This document shows, piece after piece, positions 1 to 9,839 of a stretch of DNA of 13,175 nt (positions are counted from its first letter, which is position 1; each line of letters opens with the position of its first letter). The notes beneath the pieces were generated by a model. The model was given only the letters and a program-made list of their open reading frames with translations. It was not told the DNA's origin and did no database searches. Origin of the DNA: Candidatus Krumholzibacteriia bacterium (GTDB taxonomy: Bacteria > Krumholzibacteriota > Krumholzibacteriia > WVZY01); the NCBI GenBank assembly GCA_036478295.1, contig JAZGDW010000299.1:1-13175 (forward strand), read 5' to 3'. The position numbers and the translations under genes are program-made.

Positions 1-1
1 G

Positions 2-535
2 CAGGTCCGGGGTACGGTGGTGCTTCCGCACGGCACCGGCAAGTCGGTGAAGGTGCTGGTCATTGCCAGGGGTGAGAAGGAAAAGGAAGCGGCCGACGCC
101 GGAGCCGATTACGTCGGCGCCGAGGAGTTCATTCCGAAGCTGCAGGGAGGGTGGCAGGAAATGGACGTTATCATCGCCACGCCCGATCTGATGTCTGAGG
201 TTGGCAAACTGGGCAAGATCCTGGGCCCCAAGGGTCTCATGCCGAATCCGAAGAGCGGCACGGTGACGTTCGACGTTGCCAAAGCGGTCAAGGAAGTAAA
301 GGCGGGAAAGATCGAATATCGCGTGGACAAAGGCAGCAACATCCATGTTGCCGTCGGCAAGATGTCTTTTGACGACAGCAAGCTGATCGAGAACATCAGC
401 GTTCTCATAGCGGAACTCGTGCGGGTGAAGCCGTCGGCAAGCAAGGGCCGTTACATCAAGAGCATGACTTTGTCGCCCACCATGGGGCCGTCGATTCGCC
501 TTGATGGCCAGCAGATCGCGCTCGAAGTCAAGTAA
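2..535 (+). CDS. rplA: 50S ribosomal protein uL1, 5'-truncated by the window edge
   Basis: The frame is open from base 2 ([14 protein letters not shown]). It carries the uL1 motifs [39 protein letters not shown] and SPTMGPS, and stops at TAA 533-535. Confidence 0.98.
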   Translation, partial: QVRGTVVLPHGTGKSVKVLVIARGEKEKEAADAGADYVGAEEFIPKLQGGWQEMDVIIATPDLMSEVGKLGKILGPKGLMPNPKSGTVTFDVAKAVKEVKAGKIEYRVDKGSNIHVAVGKMSFDDSKLIENISVLIAELVRVKPSASKGRYIKSMTLSPTMGPSIRLDGQQIALEVK

Positions 536-556
536 TCCATCAGGAGGTTTGAGGGG

Positions 557-1105
557 ATGGCGCGCCCGGAAAAGGTACAAAAAGTCGAAGCACTCAACTC
601 GATTTTCAACGAGGCGCGTTCGGTCGTTTTGAATGATTTTACCGGCCTGAACGTGAAGAAAATCTCCGAACTGAGAAAGCGCTGCCGGCAAAACGGTATC
701 GAGTTCCTCGTGGTCAAGAACACGCTGGCCAGGCGCAGCCTCAAGGGCACGCCGGCCGAGGGCCTGGAAAACCATTTTGAGGGTCCCACGGCGCTGGCGA
801 TCGGCCGCGAGAGCGAGAACGTATCCGCCAGGATCATAGCGGAGTTCGCCAAGGAACACGAGGCCCCGAAGTTCAAAGCAGGCCTGTTGGACGGCGAGGT
901 CCTAGACGCGTCGGAAGTGCTGGCGTTGTCCAAGCTCCCGTCAAGAGAGGAGCTCCTGTCGAGGGCGCTGGCCGGCATTATGTCGCCCGGCAACGGTCTG
1001 GTCTCTGTGTTGCAGGGCGCACTCCGGAATATGCTTTACGCGTTCAATGCAATTATCGAAAAAAAACAGAGCGAAGGTGGGGATTCTCCCCAGGAGAGCA
1101 AGTAA
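557..1105 (+). CDS. rplJ: 50S ribosomal protein uL10 (182 aa)
   Basis: Motifs DFTGLNV, LRKRCR, VVKNTL, FEGPTALA and LSKLPSREELL. SD AGGAGG at 542-547, 9 nt before ATG. Located between rplA and rplL. Confidence 0.97.
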   Translation: MARPEKVQKVEALNSIFNEARSVVLNDFTGLNVKKISELRKRCRQNGIEFLVVKNTLARRSLKGTPAEGLENHFEGPTALAIGRESENVSARIIAEFAKEHEAPKFKAGLLDGEVLDASEVLALSKLPSREELLSRALAGIMSPGNGLVSVLQGALRNMLYAFNAIIEKKQSEGGDSPQESK

Positions 1106-1131
1106 ACGTTTAGCACAAGGAGTTACTGAAG

Positions 1132-1548
1132 ATGGCAACAGCAAAAGCCGCTGCGAAACCGGCGAAGAAAAAGGGCAATGTGGAACAAGCGATGGAAATC
1201 ATCGAAGGGCTTACGCTTCTCGAGATGTCGGAACTCGTGAAGAACCTCGAAGACAAATTCGGTATAACGGCCGCCGCGCCGGTGGCAGCGATGCCCGTCG
1301 CGAGTGCCGCCACTGGAGCTGAAGCAGCGGAAGAGAAAACCGAATTCAACGTGATTCTCACCGGGTTCGGATCAGAGAAGATCAAAGTGATAAAAGTTGT
1401 CCGTGCGATTACCGCATTGGGGCTCAAGGAAGCCAAGGACCTCGTGGAAAGCGCGCCGACGCCGATCAAGGAAGGCGTGACCAAGGAAGAAGCCGAAACG
1501 GTGAAGAAGCAGATCGAAGAGGCTGGCGCCAGCGTAGAAATCAAGTAG
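1132..1548 (+). CDS. rplL: 50S ribosomal protein bL12 (L7/L12), 138 aa, with a basic N-terminal extension
   Basis: N-domain [18 protein letters not shown], Ala-rich hinge, and C-domain [45 protein letters not shown] at 1117-1122, 9 nt before ATG 1132. Confidence 0.97.
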   Translation: MATAKAAAKPAKKKGNVEQAMEIIEGLTLLEMSELVKNLEDKFGITAAAPVAAMPVASAATGAEAAEEKTEFNVILTGFGSEKIKVIKVVRAITALGLKEAKDLVESAPTPIKEGVTKEEAETVKKQIEEAGASVEIK

Positions 1549-1630
1549 CGCTTGGAGCATTTCAGGCAAGGCATTGGGCGAGAGGTGTCCCCTGCGTGCG
1601 TGACTATTCCTGTGACCACCGAGGTTCAAC

Positions 1631-4600
1631 ATGATTAAGAAGAGCACGACGAAAATTCTGGACTACCCCAAGGACGGCAATGGACGTGTGTCGTTTTCGA
1701 ACATACCGAACATCATGGAGATCCCCAATCTCCTTGCCGTTCAGCTGGAAAGCTACGCGCATTTCCTGCAGTTGAATGTCGACCCGGGTCGTCGAAAAGA
1801 CCAGGGGCTGGAGGCGGTTTTTCGGTCGGTTTTTCCGATCGAATCGCCGAAGGGCAAGTACATTCTCGAGTACCATGGCTACACCGTTGGAGAAACCAAG
1901 TACAGTGAGGAAGAGGGCAAGGAAAGGGACCTGACGTACGCCGCGCCCCTCAAGGCCCGTCTTCGCCTGGTGATCAACGAAGAAGACCCGGACACCAAAG
2001 AACGGAGGATCAAGGACATCATCCAGAGTGAGGTGTTCCTGGGTGAAATCCCGCTCTTGACGGACAAGGGTACCTTCATCATCAACGGCGCGGAGCGCGT
2101 AATCGTCAGCCAGCTCCATCGGTCGCCGGGCGTGTTCTTCGGCGACGAAATACATCCCAACGGAAAACGCCTCTTCAACGCCCGCATTATTCCATATCGC
2201 GGCTCGTGGGTGGAGTTTACGGTCGACATCAACGACGTGATGTTCGTCAACATCGATCGCCGCCGCAAGATCCCGGTCACGATCCTGCTGAAGGCCATGG
2301 GCTTCGATTCCAACCAGGCCATCATCCGGCTTTTTCATCAAACGGAAAACATCAAAATCAGCTCCCGGCTGAGCAAGAGGGATGAGGCCATCGTCGGACG
2401 AATCGCCGTTCAGGACATCATCGACAAGAAGAGCGGCGAGCTGATCGTCGAAAACGGACAACCGCTCACGCCAGCGCACCTCGAAAAATTACGTGCTTCC
2501 AAGATCCAGATGGTTCCGTGTGTGAAGTTTCGCGAAAACCTCGGCCCTGATGAAGACGTCATCCTAAAAACGCTGGCCAAGGACGCCTGCCCCGACCAGG
2601 AATCGGCGCTCAAAAAGATCTACAACCTCATTCGGCCGGGCGATCCCCCCAATCTGGAGACGGCAAAAGCGCTGCTGGCGCGGATGTTTTTTAATCCCAA
2701 GCGTTACGATCTGGCCAATGTGGGCCGTTACAAAATCAACAACCGCTTGAAACTCAGCGTTCCCGAGGACAAAACGACGCTCGACCAGGCCGACTTCATC
2801 GCCGTGATCGCCTGCCTGCTCGACATGAAAGAAACGGATGCCGAGCCGGACGATATCGACCACCTCGGCAATCGCCGTATCCGGTCGGTGGGCGAGCTCC
2901 TCGCCAACCAGTTTTCCATCGGCCTGGCCCGCATGGCACGCATCGTCAAGGAACGGATGGCGCTGCAGCAGGAAAGCGAACAGACTACTCCGTACGAGCT
3001 GATCAACGCCCGTACCGTATCCGCGGTCGTCCAATCGTTCTTCGGCAGCAGCCAGTTGTCGCAGTTTATGGACCAGACGAATCCCCTCGCTGAGCTGACG
3101 CATAAGCGGCGGCTCTCGGCGCTCGGTCCGGGAGGACTCACGAGGGAACGGGCTGGTTTCGAGGTGCGCGACGTGCACTTCACTCATTACGGCCGCATGT
3201 GTCCGATTGAAACACCGGAAGGTCCCAATATCGGCCTGATTAGTTCTCTGAGCACCTACGCCCGCATCAACCGGTACGGATTCCTCGAGACTCCTTATCG
3301 CAAGGTCTTGAAAGGGATTGCGACGAAGGAGATCGAGTACCTCAGCGCCGACGAGGAAGCCGAGTGTATCATCGCTCAGGCCAACGCGCCGCTGGACGAC
3401 AGGGGCAAGTTCGTCCGTGACACGGTGCTCTCACGCATTCGTGGCGAGTTTCCCGTTGTCGAACCCAAGCGGGTCCAGTACATGGATGTAGCTCCGAGCC
3501 AGCTGGTCAGCGCCGCCGCCTCGTTGATACCGTTTCTCGAGCACGATGACGCCAACCGTGCGCTGATGGGTTGCAATATGCAGCGCCAGGCGGTGCCGCT
3601 TCTCAAGACCGACTCTCCCCTGGTCGGTACGGGAATGGAAGGCAAGATCGCCCGCGACTCCGGTGTTCTGGTGCTCGCCAGGCGCGCCGGAACCGTGGCA
3701 TCGGTGACGGGCGCGAGAATCATTGTCAGCCCGCACGCGGCCAAGGATACGCTCGACGACTTTTCGAGATACGAAGGAATGGACGTTTACAAGCTGACCA
3801 AGTTCAAGCGATCCAACCAGGACACGTGCATCAACCAGCGGCCGCTGGTTAAAGTAGGCGATCGGGTCAAGCCGGGCGACGTGCTGGCAGACGGCCCTGC
3901 CACGGAGAACGGCGAGCTCGCCCTGGGCGCCAACGTGTTGGTCGCGTTCATGCCCTGGCTGGGTTACAACTTCGAGGACGCGATCTTGGTCAGCGAATCG
4001 TTCCTCAAGAACGACAGGTTCACCAGTATTCATATCGAAGAGTTCGAGTGCCAGGTAAGGGACACCAAAGCTGGTATCGAGGAAATCACCCGCGAGATCC
4101 CCAACGTCGGCGAGGAGGCACTGCGCAACCTGGACGAGGACGGTATCGTGCACATCGGGGCCCGGGTCAAGGCCAGTAACATTCTTGTCGGCAAGGTGAC
4201 GCCGAAGGGGGAGACGGATCTTTCTCCGGAGGAAAGGCTGCTGAGGGCGATCTTCGGCGAGAAGGCTGGAGACGTACGCGACGCCTCATTGAAGGCGCCC
4301 CCCGGCATGGATGGGATCGTGGTCGGGATCAAAGTCTTTTCGCGAAAGGAACGAGACGAGAAGTCCAGATCGCAGGACAAGCAAAAGCTCGCACAGCTCA
4401 AGGGTGAACGGAACCAGGAAATCGAACGGGTAGAGCACATCCGTGAGCGCAAGTTGAAGGCACTCATGGTGGGGCAGGTTTGCGAAAAGCTGGTCAGCGC
4501 CGAGACCGGAGAGCTCATAGCCAAAGCGGGACGCAAGATCAACGAGAAGTTTTTTGAGACGCTTGACATCGACAACCTCCAGTGGGGACTGGCAATCGTC

Positions 4601-5461
4601 AAGGATATCAAGGTCGACCGCAAGATCCAGATCGTTATGGATACGGCGGCCAAAGCTATTGAGCAAGTGGAGATGCAGCACGAGAAGGAAATCGAGCGCA
4701 TCACGCGCGGCGACGAGCTGCCACCGGGCGTATCGAAGCTCGTGAAGGTATACATCTTTCGCAAACGCAAGCTGGCCGTCGGCGACAAGATGGCGGGGCG
4801 CCACGGTAACAAGGGCGTGGTCGCGCGAATCGTTCCCGAAGAGGACATGCCGCACCTGTCCAACGGTCAGCCGGTCGAGATTGTCCTCAATCCCCTGGGT
4901 GTGCCCAGCCGTATGAACGTGGGGCAGATTCTGGAAACCCACCTGGGGTGGGCAGCGCAACTGATGGGTTACAAGGTGTCCTGTCCGGTGTTCGACGGCG
5001 CCACCATACGAGAGATCAAGCAGGCGCTGACCGAGGCGGACCAGCCCGAAGACGGCAAGTCCATCCTCTACGACGGAAGGATCGGAGAGCCCTTCGACCA
5101 GAAAATTAGCGTCGGTTACATCTATATGATGAAGCTCTCCCACCTGGTGGATGACAAGATCCACGCCCGTTCGATCGGTCCTTATTCGCTCGTATCCCAG
5201 CAGCCGCTGGGAGGCAAGGCCCAATTCGGCGGGCAGCGTTTCGGGGAAATGGAAGTATGGGCGCTCGAGGCGTACGGTGCGGCGTACTGCCTGCAGGAGT
5301 TGCTCACCGTGAAGTCGGACGACATCCAGGGCCGCGCCAAGATCTACGAGGCAATCGTCAAGGGCGAGAATCCGCCCGAGCCGGGGATCCCCGAATCGTT
5401 TAACGTGTTGATCAAAGAGTTGCAGAGTTTGGGGCTGGACGTGGAGTTGGAGAGAGGGTAA
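1631..5461 (+). CDS. rpoB: DNA-directed RNA polymerase subunit beta (1276 aa)
   Basis: Motifs [73 protein letters not shown] and [20 protein letters not shown] at 1621-1625. Stop TAA 5459-5461. Confidence 0.99.
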   Translation: MIKKSTTKILDYPKDGNGRVSFSNIPNIMEIPNLLAVQLESYAHFLQLNVDPGRRKDQGLEAVFRSVFPIESPKGKYILEYHGYTVGETKYSEEEGKERDLTYAAPLKARLRLVINEEDPDTKERRIKDIIQSEVFLGEIPLLTDKGTFIINGAERVIVSQLHRSPGVFFGDEIHPNGKRLFNARIIPYRGSWVEFTVDINDVMFVNIDRRRKIPVTILLKAMGFDSNQAIIRLFHQTENIKISSRLSKRDEAIVGRIAVQDIIDKKSGELIVENGQPLTPAHLEKLRASKIQMVPCVKFRENLGPDEDVILKTLAKDACPDQESALKKIYNLIRPGDPPNLETAKALLARMFFNPKRYDLANVGRYKINNRLKLSVPEDKTTLDQADFIAVIACLLDMKETDAEPDDIDHLGNRRIRSVGELLANQFSIGLARMARIVKERMALQQESEQTTPYELINARTVSAVVQSFFGSSQLSQFMDQTNPLAELTHKRRLSALGPGGLTRERAGFEVRDVHFTHYGRMCPIETPEGPNIGLISSLSTYARINRYGFLETPYRKVLKGIATKEIEYLSADEEAECIIAQANAPLDDRGKFVRDTVLSRIRGEFPVVEPKRVQYMDVAPSQLVSAAASLIPFLEHDDANRALMGCNMQRQAVPLLKTDSPLVGTGMEGKIARDSGVLVLARRAGTVASVTGARIIVSPHAAKDTLDDFSRYEGMDVYKLTKFKRSNQDTCINQRPLVKVGDRVKPGDVLADGPATENGELALGANVLVAFMPWLGYNFEDAILVSESFLKNDRFTSIHIEEFECQVRDTKAGIEEITREIPNVGEEALRNLDEDGIVHIGARVKASNILVGKVTPKGETDLSPEERLLRAIFGEKAGDVRDASLKAPPGMDGIVVGIKVFSRKERDEKSRSQDKQKLAQLKGERNQEIERVEHIRERKLKALMVGQVCEKLVSAETGELIAKAGRKINEKFFETLDIDNLQWGLAIVKDIKVDRKIQIVMDTAAKAIEQVEMQHEKEIERITRGDELPPGVSKLVKVYIFRKRKLAVGDKMAGRHGNKGVVARIVPEEDMPHLSNGQPVEIVLNPLGVPSRMNVGQILETHLGWAAQLMGYKVSCPVFDGATIREIKQALTEADQPEDGKSILYDGRIGEPFDQKISVGYIYMMKLSHLVDDKIHARSIGPYSLVSQQPLGGKAQFGGQRFGEMEVWALEAYGAAYCLQELLTVKSDDIQGRAKIYEAIVKGENPPEPGIPESFNVLIKELQSLGLDVELERG

Positions 5462-5500
5462 ACAAGTTGGCGCCGGTTGCGGCGTTCGAGGAGGTCCTCT

Positions 5501-8500
5501 GTGTACACAGGAACACTCGATAGGGACAGAAAAAAGCCTACCGATTTCAAGGCGATTCGCATTCAGTTGGCGTCGCCGGAGAAAATTCGTGAGTGGAGCT
5601 TCGGCGAAGTCACGAAACCAGAAACGATCAACTACCGTTCGTTCAAACCAGAAAAGGACGGGCTCTTCTGCGAGCGCATTTTCGGTCCCGTCAAGGACTG
5701 GGAGTGCAGCTGTGGCAAGTACAAGAGAATACGGTACAAAGGCGTCATCTGTGACCGCTGCGGAGTGGAAGTCACGCGCGCCAACGTTCGTCGTGAGCGC
5801 CTCGCTCACATCGTGTTGTCCGTACCCGTCTCGCACATCTGGTTCTTCAAGGGCCTGCCCAGCCGCATCGGACACCTGCTCGCCGTCACCATTCGGGATC
5901 TGGAGCGTATCCTCTACTACGAGTCCTACGTCATCCTCGATCCCGGTGATACCGAGCTCGAAATCAAAGAACTGATCAGCGAAGACCAGTACGCCGAGCT
6001 GATCGAAACCGGGGCCAAGTTCAAAGCGCTCATGGGCGCGGAAGCCATTCGCGAGCTTCTCAAGATGATCAACCTCGACGATCTGTCTGAGAAGCTGCGG
6101 AGCCAGATCAAGGTCGAGACAGCGGTTCAGCGCAAGAAGGATCTACTGAAGCGCTTGAAAGTCGTCGAAGCGTTCCGCAACTCCAGGAACAAACCCGAGT
6201 GGATGATCATGGACGTGATTCCGGTGCTGCCGCCGGAGCTCCGGCCGCTCGTGCCGCTGGAAGGCGGTCGCTTTGCTACTTCCGATTTGAACGATCTCTA
6301 CCGGCGGGTGATCAACCGCAACAACCGTTTGAAAAAGCTGGTCGAAATCAAGGCTCCGGAAGTCATCCTGCGCAACGAAAAGCGGATGCTGCAGGAGGCG
6401 GTTGACGCGTTGTTCGATAACGGCCGCCGCTCGCGCGCCGTCCGTGGGCAGGGAAACCGGCCCCTGAAAAGCCTGAGCGACATGCTCAAGGGCAAGCAGG
6501 GACGTTTTCGCCAGAATCTCCTCGGCAAGCGTGTCGACTACTCCGGGCGTTCGGTGATCGTAGTGGGACCCGAACTCAAGATACACGAGTGCGGATTGCC
6601 CAAGAGTATGGCACTGGAACTCTTCAAGCCTTTCATTATCCGCAAACTCGAAGAGAAGAACTACGTACAGACCGTCAAGAGCGCGAAGAAGCTGGTGGAG
6701 CAGGAGAGCCCCGAGGTATGGGACATCTTGGAGGAGATCATCCAGGATCATCCCGTGCTCCTCAACCGGGCGCCGACGCTTCACCGCCTCGGTATCCAGG
6801 CGTTCCAGCCGGTGCTGGTTGAGGGCAAGGCTATTCGTATCCACCCCCTGGTTTGCGGCGCTTTCAACGCTGACTTCGACGGCGACCAGATGGCCGTGCA
6901 CGTACCGCTGTCGTACGAGGCCCAACTGGAAGCGCGGACACTGATGCTCTCCGCGCATAATATCCTGTCTCCGGCCAGCGGCACCCCATTGACGACGCCT
7001 TCGCAGGACATGGTCATTGGCATTTATTACCTGACCATGGGCAAGAAGAACGCCAAAGGCGAAGGCAAGGCGTTCTACGGTCCCGACGAAGTTGCCCTCG
7101 CCTACGAGGCGGGCGAACTGGATCTGCATGCCAGGATCAAAATGCGCTGGGAGAACGAGCTCATCACCACGACTACCGGACGCGTCTTGTTCAATGAAAT
7201 CGTTCCCGAACCCCTCCGTTTCGTGAACGAAGTGCTGGATAAGCGAACGACGGAAACCCTGGTTCATACGAGTTTTCAAAAGTTGGGGCTCGAACAAACC
7301 GTAGAATTCCTCGATAGCCTCAAGCAAATCGGCTTCAAGTACGCGACGAAGAGCGGTCTTACCATTGGAGTCGACGACTTAATCGTGCCGGCCGAGAAGC
7401 AGGCTCTCGTGGACCAGGCGAGTGCCGAAGTCGAGCACATCATGCGGCAGTATGAGGAAGGCGTGATCACCGATGGTGAGCGGTACAACAAAATAATCGA
7501 TACCTGGACACAAACTACGGCGAAGGTCGGTGAAGTAATGTTCGAAGGTCTCCGCAACGACCGCGATGGCTTCAATTCGATCTTCATGATGACCGATTCC
7601 GGAGCCCGCGGCAGCCGCGAGCAGGTCCGCCAGTTGGCCGGTATGCGCGGACTGATGGCGAAGCCGCAGAAGAAGATCACCGGACAAATCGGTGAAATCA
7701 TCGAGATGCCCATTGTCGCGAGCTTCCTCGAAGGACTCTCGGTGCTGCAATACTTTATCTCGACCCACGGTGCTCGCAAAGGACTCGCGGACACGGCGCT
7801 GAAAACCGCCGACGCGGGGTACCTCACGCGCCGACTGGTCGACGTCGCTCAGGACGTCATCATTACCGAGCACGATTGTGGCACCATCATGGGTATCAAC
7901 GCGGGCGCGCTCAAAGAGGGCGAAGAGATCATCGAATCGCTCAGCGACCGGATTTTGGGCCGAGTGGCGGTCGATGACATCTTCGATCCGGTCACGGGTG
8001 AGACGCTGGTCGAGGCCAACAGCCTCCTGACGCCGGAACTGGCGACGTTGATAGAGGACCGCGGTGTGGATAGGGCGAAGATACGCAGCGTTCTTAGCTG
8101 CGAAGCCCGGCGAGGGGTGTGCGCGCTCTGTTACGGAACCAACCTCGCGAACGGGCGCATCGTTGAAATCGGCGAGGCTGTCGGCGTCATCGCCGCGCAG
8201 AGTATCGGCGAGCCCGGTACCCAGCTGACGCTGCGAACTTTCCATATCGGTGGTACGGCGAGCCGGATCGTCGAGCAGTCCCGAAAGATTTCCAAGTACG
8301 ATGGCGAGGTTACATTCAAGAACCTGCGCGCGGTCAAGGGCCGGTCAGGCAAAAGGATCGTGATCAGCCGCAAGAGCGAAGTACTGATACTCGACGAAGG
8401 CGATCGAGTTCGGTCTCGTTTCGGTGTGCCGTACGGTGCTGAACTTCTTGTCAAAGAGGGCGCGGAGATCAAGAAAGGTGAAGTTATCTACGAGTGGGAT

Positions 8501-9613
8501 CCGTACTCCGACGTCATTCTGTCGGACAAAGGTGGAACCGTCCGTTTCCGGGATATCGTCGAGGACGTATCAGTCAAGGAGAAGATCGACGAGAAAACCG
8601 GGAAGATGCAGATGGTCATCATCGAAGACCGCGAGAAGAAGCGACACCCGCACCTTCACGTCGTCGATGGCAAAGGAAAGGCCCTGGGCAATTTTATCGT
8701 TCCCACTGGTGCCTTCCTGTTGGTCAAGGATGGTCAGGAGGTACGTGCCGGCGATCAGTTGTGCAAGATCACCAAGGACATCAGCAAGACGAGTGACATC
8801 ACGGGCGGTCTGCCCCGTGTCGCCGAGCTGTTCGAAGCTCGTAAGCCGAAGGAAGCCGCGGTCATATCGGAAATCGATGGGGTTATCGAGTTCGGAGCCA
8901 TCACCCGTGGCATGCGCAAGATTCTGGTCAAGAATGACAGCGGTGAGGAGAAGAGCTATACCATTCCCCAGGGCAAACACCTGAGAGTGTATGAGGGAGA
9001 CCACGTGGAAGCGGGAGACAACCTGACGGAAGGTCCGATAAACCCGTTCGACATTCTCAACATCAAGGGAGTCAACGCCGCCCAGGAGTATCTGGTGAAT
9101 GGTATCCAGGAGGTCTACCGCCTGCAGGGCGTGAAGATCAATGATAAGCATATTGAGACCATCGTGCGGCAGATGCTGCAGAAGGTTCAGATCGAAGATG
9201 CCGGTGACACGATGTTTCTGGAAGGCGACCTGGTGGACAAGGTGGCCTTCCGGGTGGAGAACGAGCGAGTTCTCAAGGAAAAAGGTCGCGCGGCGGCGTT
9301 CAAGCCAACGCTGCTTGGCATTACCAAGGCATCGCTGAGCACCGAGAGTTTCATTTCGGCGGCCAGCTTTCAGGAGACCACCCGCGTGCTGACGGACGCA
9401 GCGGTTCGGGGAAAGATCGATCATCTGATGGGGCTCAAAGAAAACGTCATCATGGGGCATTTGATTCCAGCCGGTACCGGTCTCATGGCCTATGATCGCA
9501 TCGAGCTCCGGGCCGAAGCCGAAGAAGAGGAAGAATTCGGGTTCGAGGACGCGACGATACCGATCGAACAGGAGCCGCTGTCCGCGATGCGCAAGGAGGG
9601 GGGCGAAAAGTAG
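5501..9613 (+). CDS. rpoC: DNA-directed RNA polymerase subunit beta' (about 1370 aa from GTG 5501)
   Basis: Zn ribbon CERIFGP..CSCGKY..CDRC, catalytic NADFDGD at 6866-6886, bridge helix [14 protein letters not shown] and trigger loop [12 protein letters not shown]. The start is moved from the track's TTG 5477 to GTG 5501 because SD GAGGAGG lies at 5488-5494. Confidence 0.98.
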   Translation: MYTGTLDRDRKKPTDFKAIRIQLASPEKIREWSFGEVTKPETINYRSFKPEKDGLFCERIFGPVKDWECSCGKYKRIRYKGVICDRCGVEVTRANVRRERLAHIVLSVPVSHIWFFKGLPSRIGHLLAVTIRDLERILYYESYVILDPGDTELEIKELISEDQYAELIETGAKFKALMGAEAIRELLKMINLDDLSEKLRSQIKVETAVQRKKDLLKRLKVVEAFRNSRNKPEWMIMDVIPVLPPELRPLVPLEGGRFATSDLNDLYRRVINRNNRLKKLVEIKAPEVILRNEKRMLQEAVDALFDNGRRSRAVRGQGNRPLKSLSDMLKGKQGRFRQNLLGKRVDYSGRSVIVVGPELKIHECGLPKSMALELFKPFIIRKLEEKNYVQTVKSAKKLVEQESPEVWDILEEIIQDHPVLLNRAPTLHRLGIQAFQPVLVEGKAIRIHPLVCGAFNADFDGDQMAVHVPLSYEAQLEARTLMLSAHNILSPASGTPLTTPSQDMVIGIYYLTMGKKNAKGEGKAFYGPDEVALAYEAGELDLHARIKMRWENELITTTTGRVLFNEIVPEPLRFVNEVLDKRTTETLVHTSFQKLGLEQTVEFLDSLKQIGFKYATKSGLTIGVDDLIVPAEKQALVDQASAEVEHIMRQYEEGVITDGERYNKIIDTWTQTTAKVGEVMFEGLRNDRDGFNSIFMMTDSGARGSREQVRQLAGMRGLMAKPQKKITGQIGEIIEMPIVASFLEGLSVLQYFISTHGARKGLADTALKTADAGYLTRRLVDVAQDVIITEHDCGTIMGINAGALKEGEEIIESLSDRILGRVAVDDIFDPVTGETLVEANSLLTPELATLIEDRGVDRAKIRSVLSCEARRGVCALCYGTNLANGRIVEIGEAVGVIAAQSIGEPGTQLTLRTFHIGGTASRIVEQSRKISKYDGEVTFKNLRAVKGRSGKRIVISRKSEVLILDEGDRVRSRFGVPYGAELLVKEGAEIKKGEVIYEWDPYSDVILSDKGGTVRFRDIVEDVSVKEKIDEKTGKMQMVIIEDREKKRHPHLHVVDGKGKALGNFIVPTGAFLLVKDGQEVRAGDQLCKITKDISKTSDITGGLPRVAELFEARKPKEAAVISEIDGVIEFGAITRGMRKILVKNDSGEEKSYTIPQGKHLRVYEGDHVEAGDNLTEGPINPFDILNIKGVNAAQEYLVNGIQEVYRLQGVKINDKHIETIVRQMLQKVQIEDAGDTMFLEGDLVDKVAFRVENERVLKEKGRAAAFKPTLLGITKASLSTESFISAASFQETTRVLTDAAVRGKIDHLMGLKENVIMGHLIPAGTGLMAYDRIELRAEAEEEEEFGFEDATIPIEQEPLSAMRKEGGEK

Positions 9614-9693
9614 CGCCCCAGGGGAGTGTTTCACGGGGGGGAAAAAACCGGATTCTCAGGGGAGGGAAAAGATTTTTGATCTGGCGAAATCGC

Positions 9694-9724
9694 TTGACAA
9701 ATTAATGACTTAGGGCTAATTTTG
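9694..9724 (+). promoter_or_regulatory. Housekeeping-sigma promoter of the str (rpsL) operon
   Basis: Perfect TTGACA at 9694-9699, a 17-nt spacer, then TAATTT at 9717-9722, which keeps the conserved T-A---T positions. It sits in an AT-rich island of an otherwise GC-rich window. An A/T tract AAAAGATTTTT at 9667-9677 is at UP-element distance. Confidence 0.8.
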
Positions 9725-9801
9725 AGTTTCGTTTGCTCTAGTCAATCTTGCCTGGAAGCATTCCGGCCTTTACATAGATAAACAGAGCTAATCCGTTGAT
9801 A

Positions 9802-9839
9802 AATTTGCAGTTGTGGAGTTTGTCCACAATCTGCAAGTT
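9802..9839 (+). other. Strong stem-loop in the rpsL 5' leader
   Basis: AATTTGCAGTTGTGGA (9802-9817) pairs with TCCACAA-T-CTGCAAGTT (9823-9839): 16 pairs including one G-U, a single bulge at T9830, and loop GTTTG. No U-tract follows. Confidence 0.7.

Noticed and set aside
1546..1638. Amber readthrough or recoding at TAG-C stops followed by hairpins (rplL, rpoC, rpsG)
   Set aside because: bL12 (VEIK) and uS7 (HFRW) end at their canonical C-termini. The extensions are short and not in frame with the next gene, and no internal TAG occurs in any gene.
3041..3250. Rifampicin-resistance substitutions in RpoB
   Set aside because: Residues equivalent to E. coli Q513, D516, H526, S531 and I572 are wild type. 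NPLAELTH is a common natural variant.
5477..5500. N-terminal extension MRRSRRSS on RpoC in the ORF track
   Set aside because: These codons are the SD region itself. GTG 5501 is properly spaced from GAGGAGG.
4286..5875. 529-aa minus-strand ORF and other long antisense ORFs (1604-2479, 6143-7327, 7379-8245, 8570-9634, 11591-12469)
   Set aside because: These are shadow frames of conserved GC-rich genes with no recognisable motifs. The longest crosses the rpoB/rpoC junction only because the two genes share a frame.
1631..9613. Inteins, introns or frameshifts in rpoB/rpoC
   Set aside because: Both frames are continuous and of normal length. The inserts lie at known lineage-specific sites and show no intein splice or homing-endonuclease motifs.
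9820..9828. DnaA-box-like TTGTCCACA
   Set aside because: It is a single copy with one mismatch to TTATCCACA and is explained as a hairpin arm. There is no box cluster or origin context.
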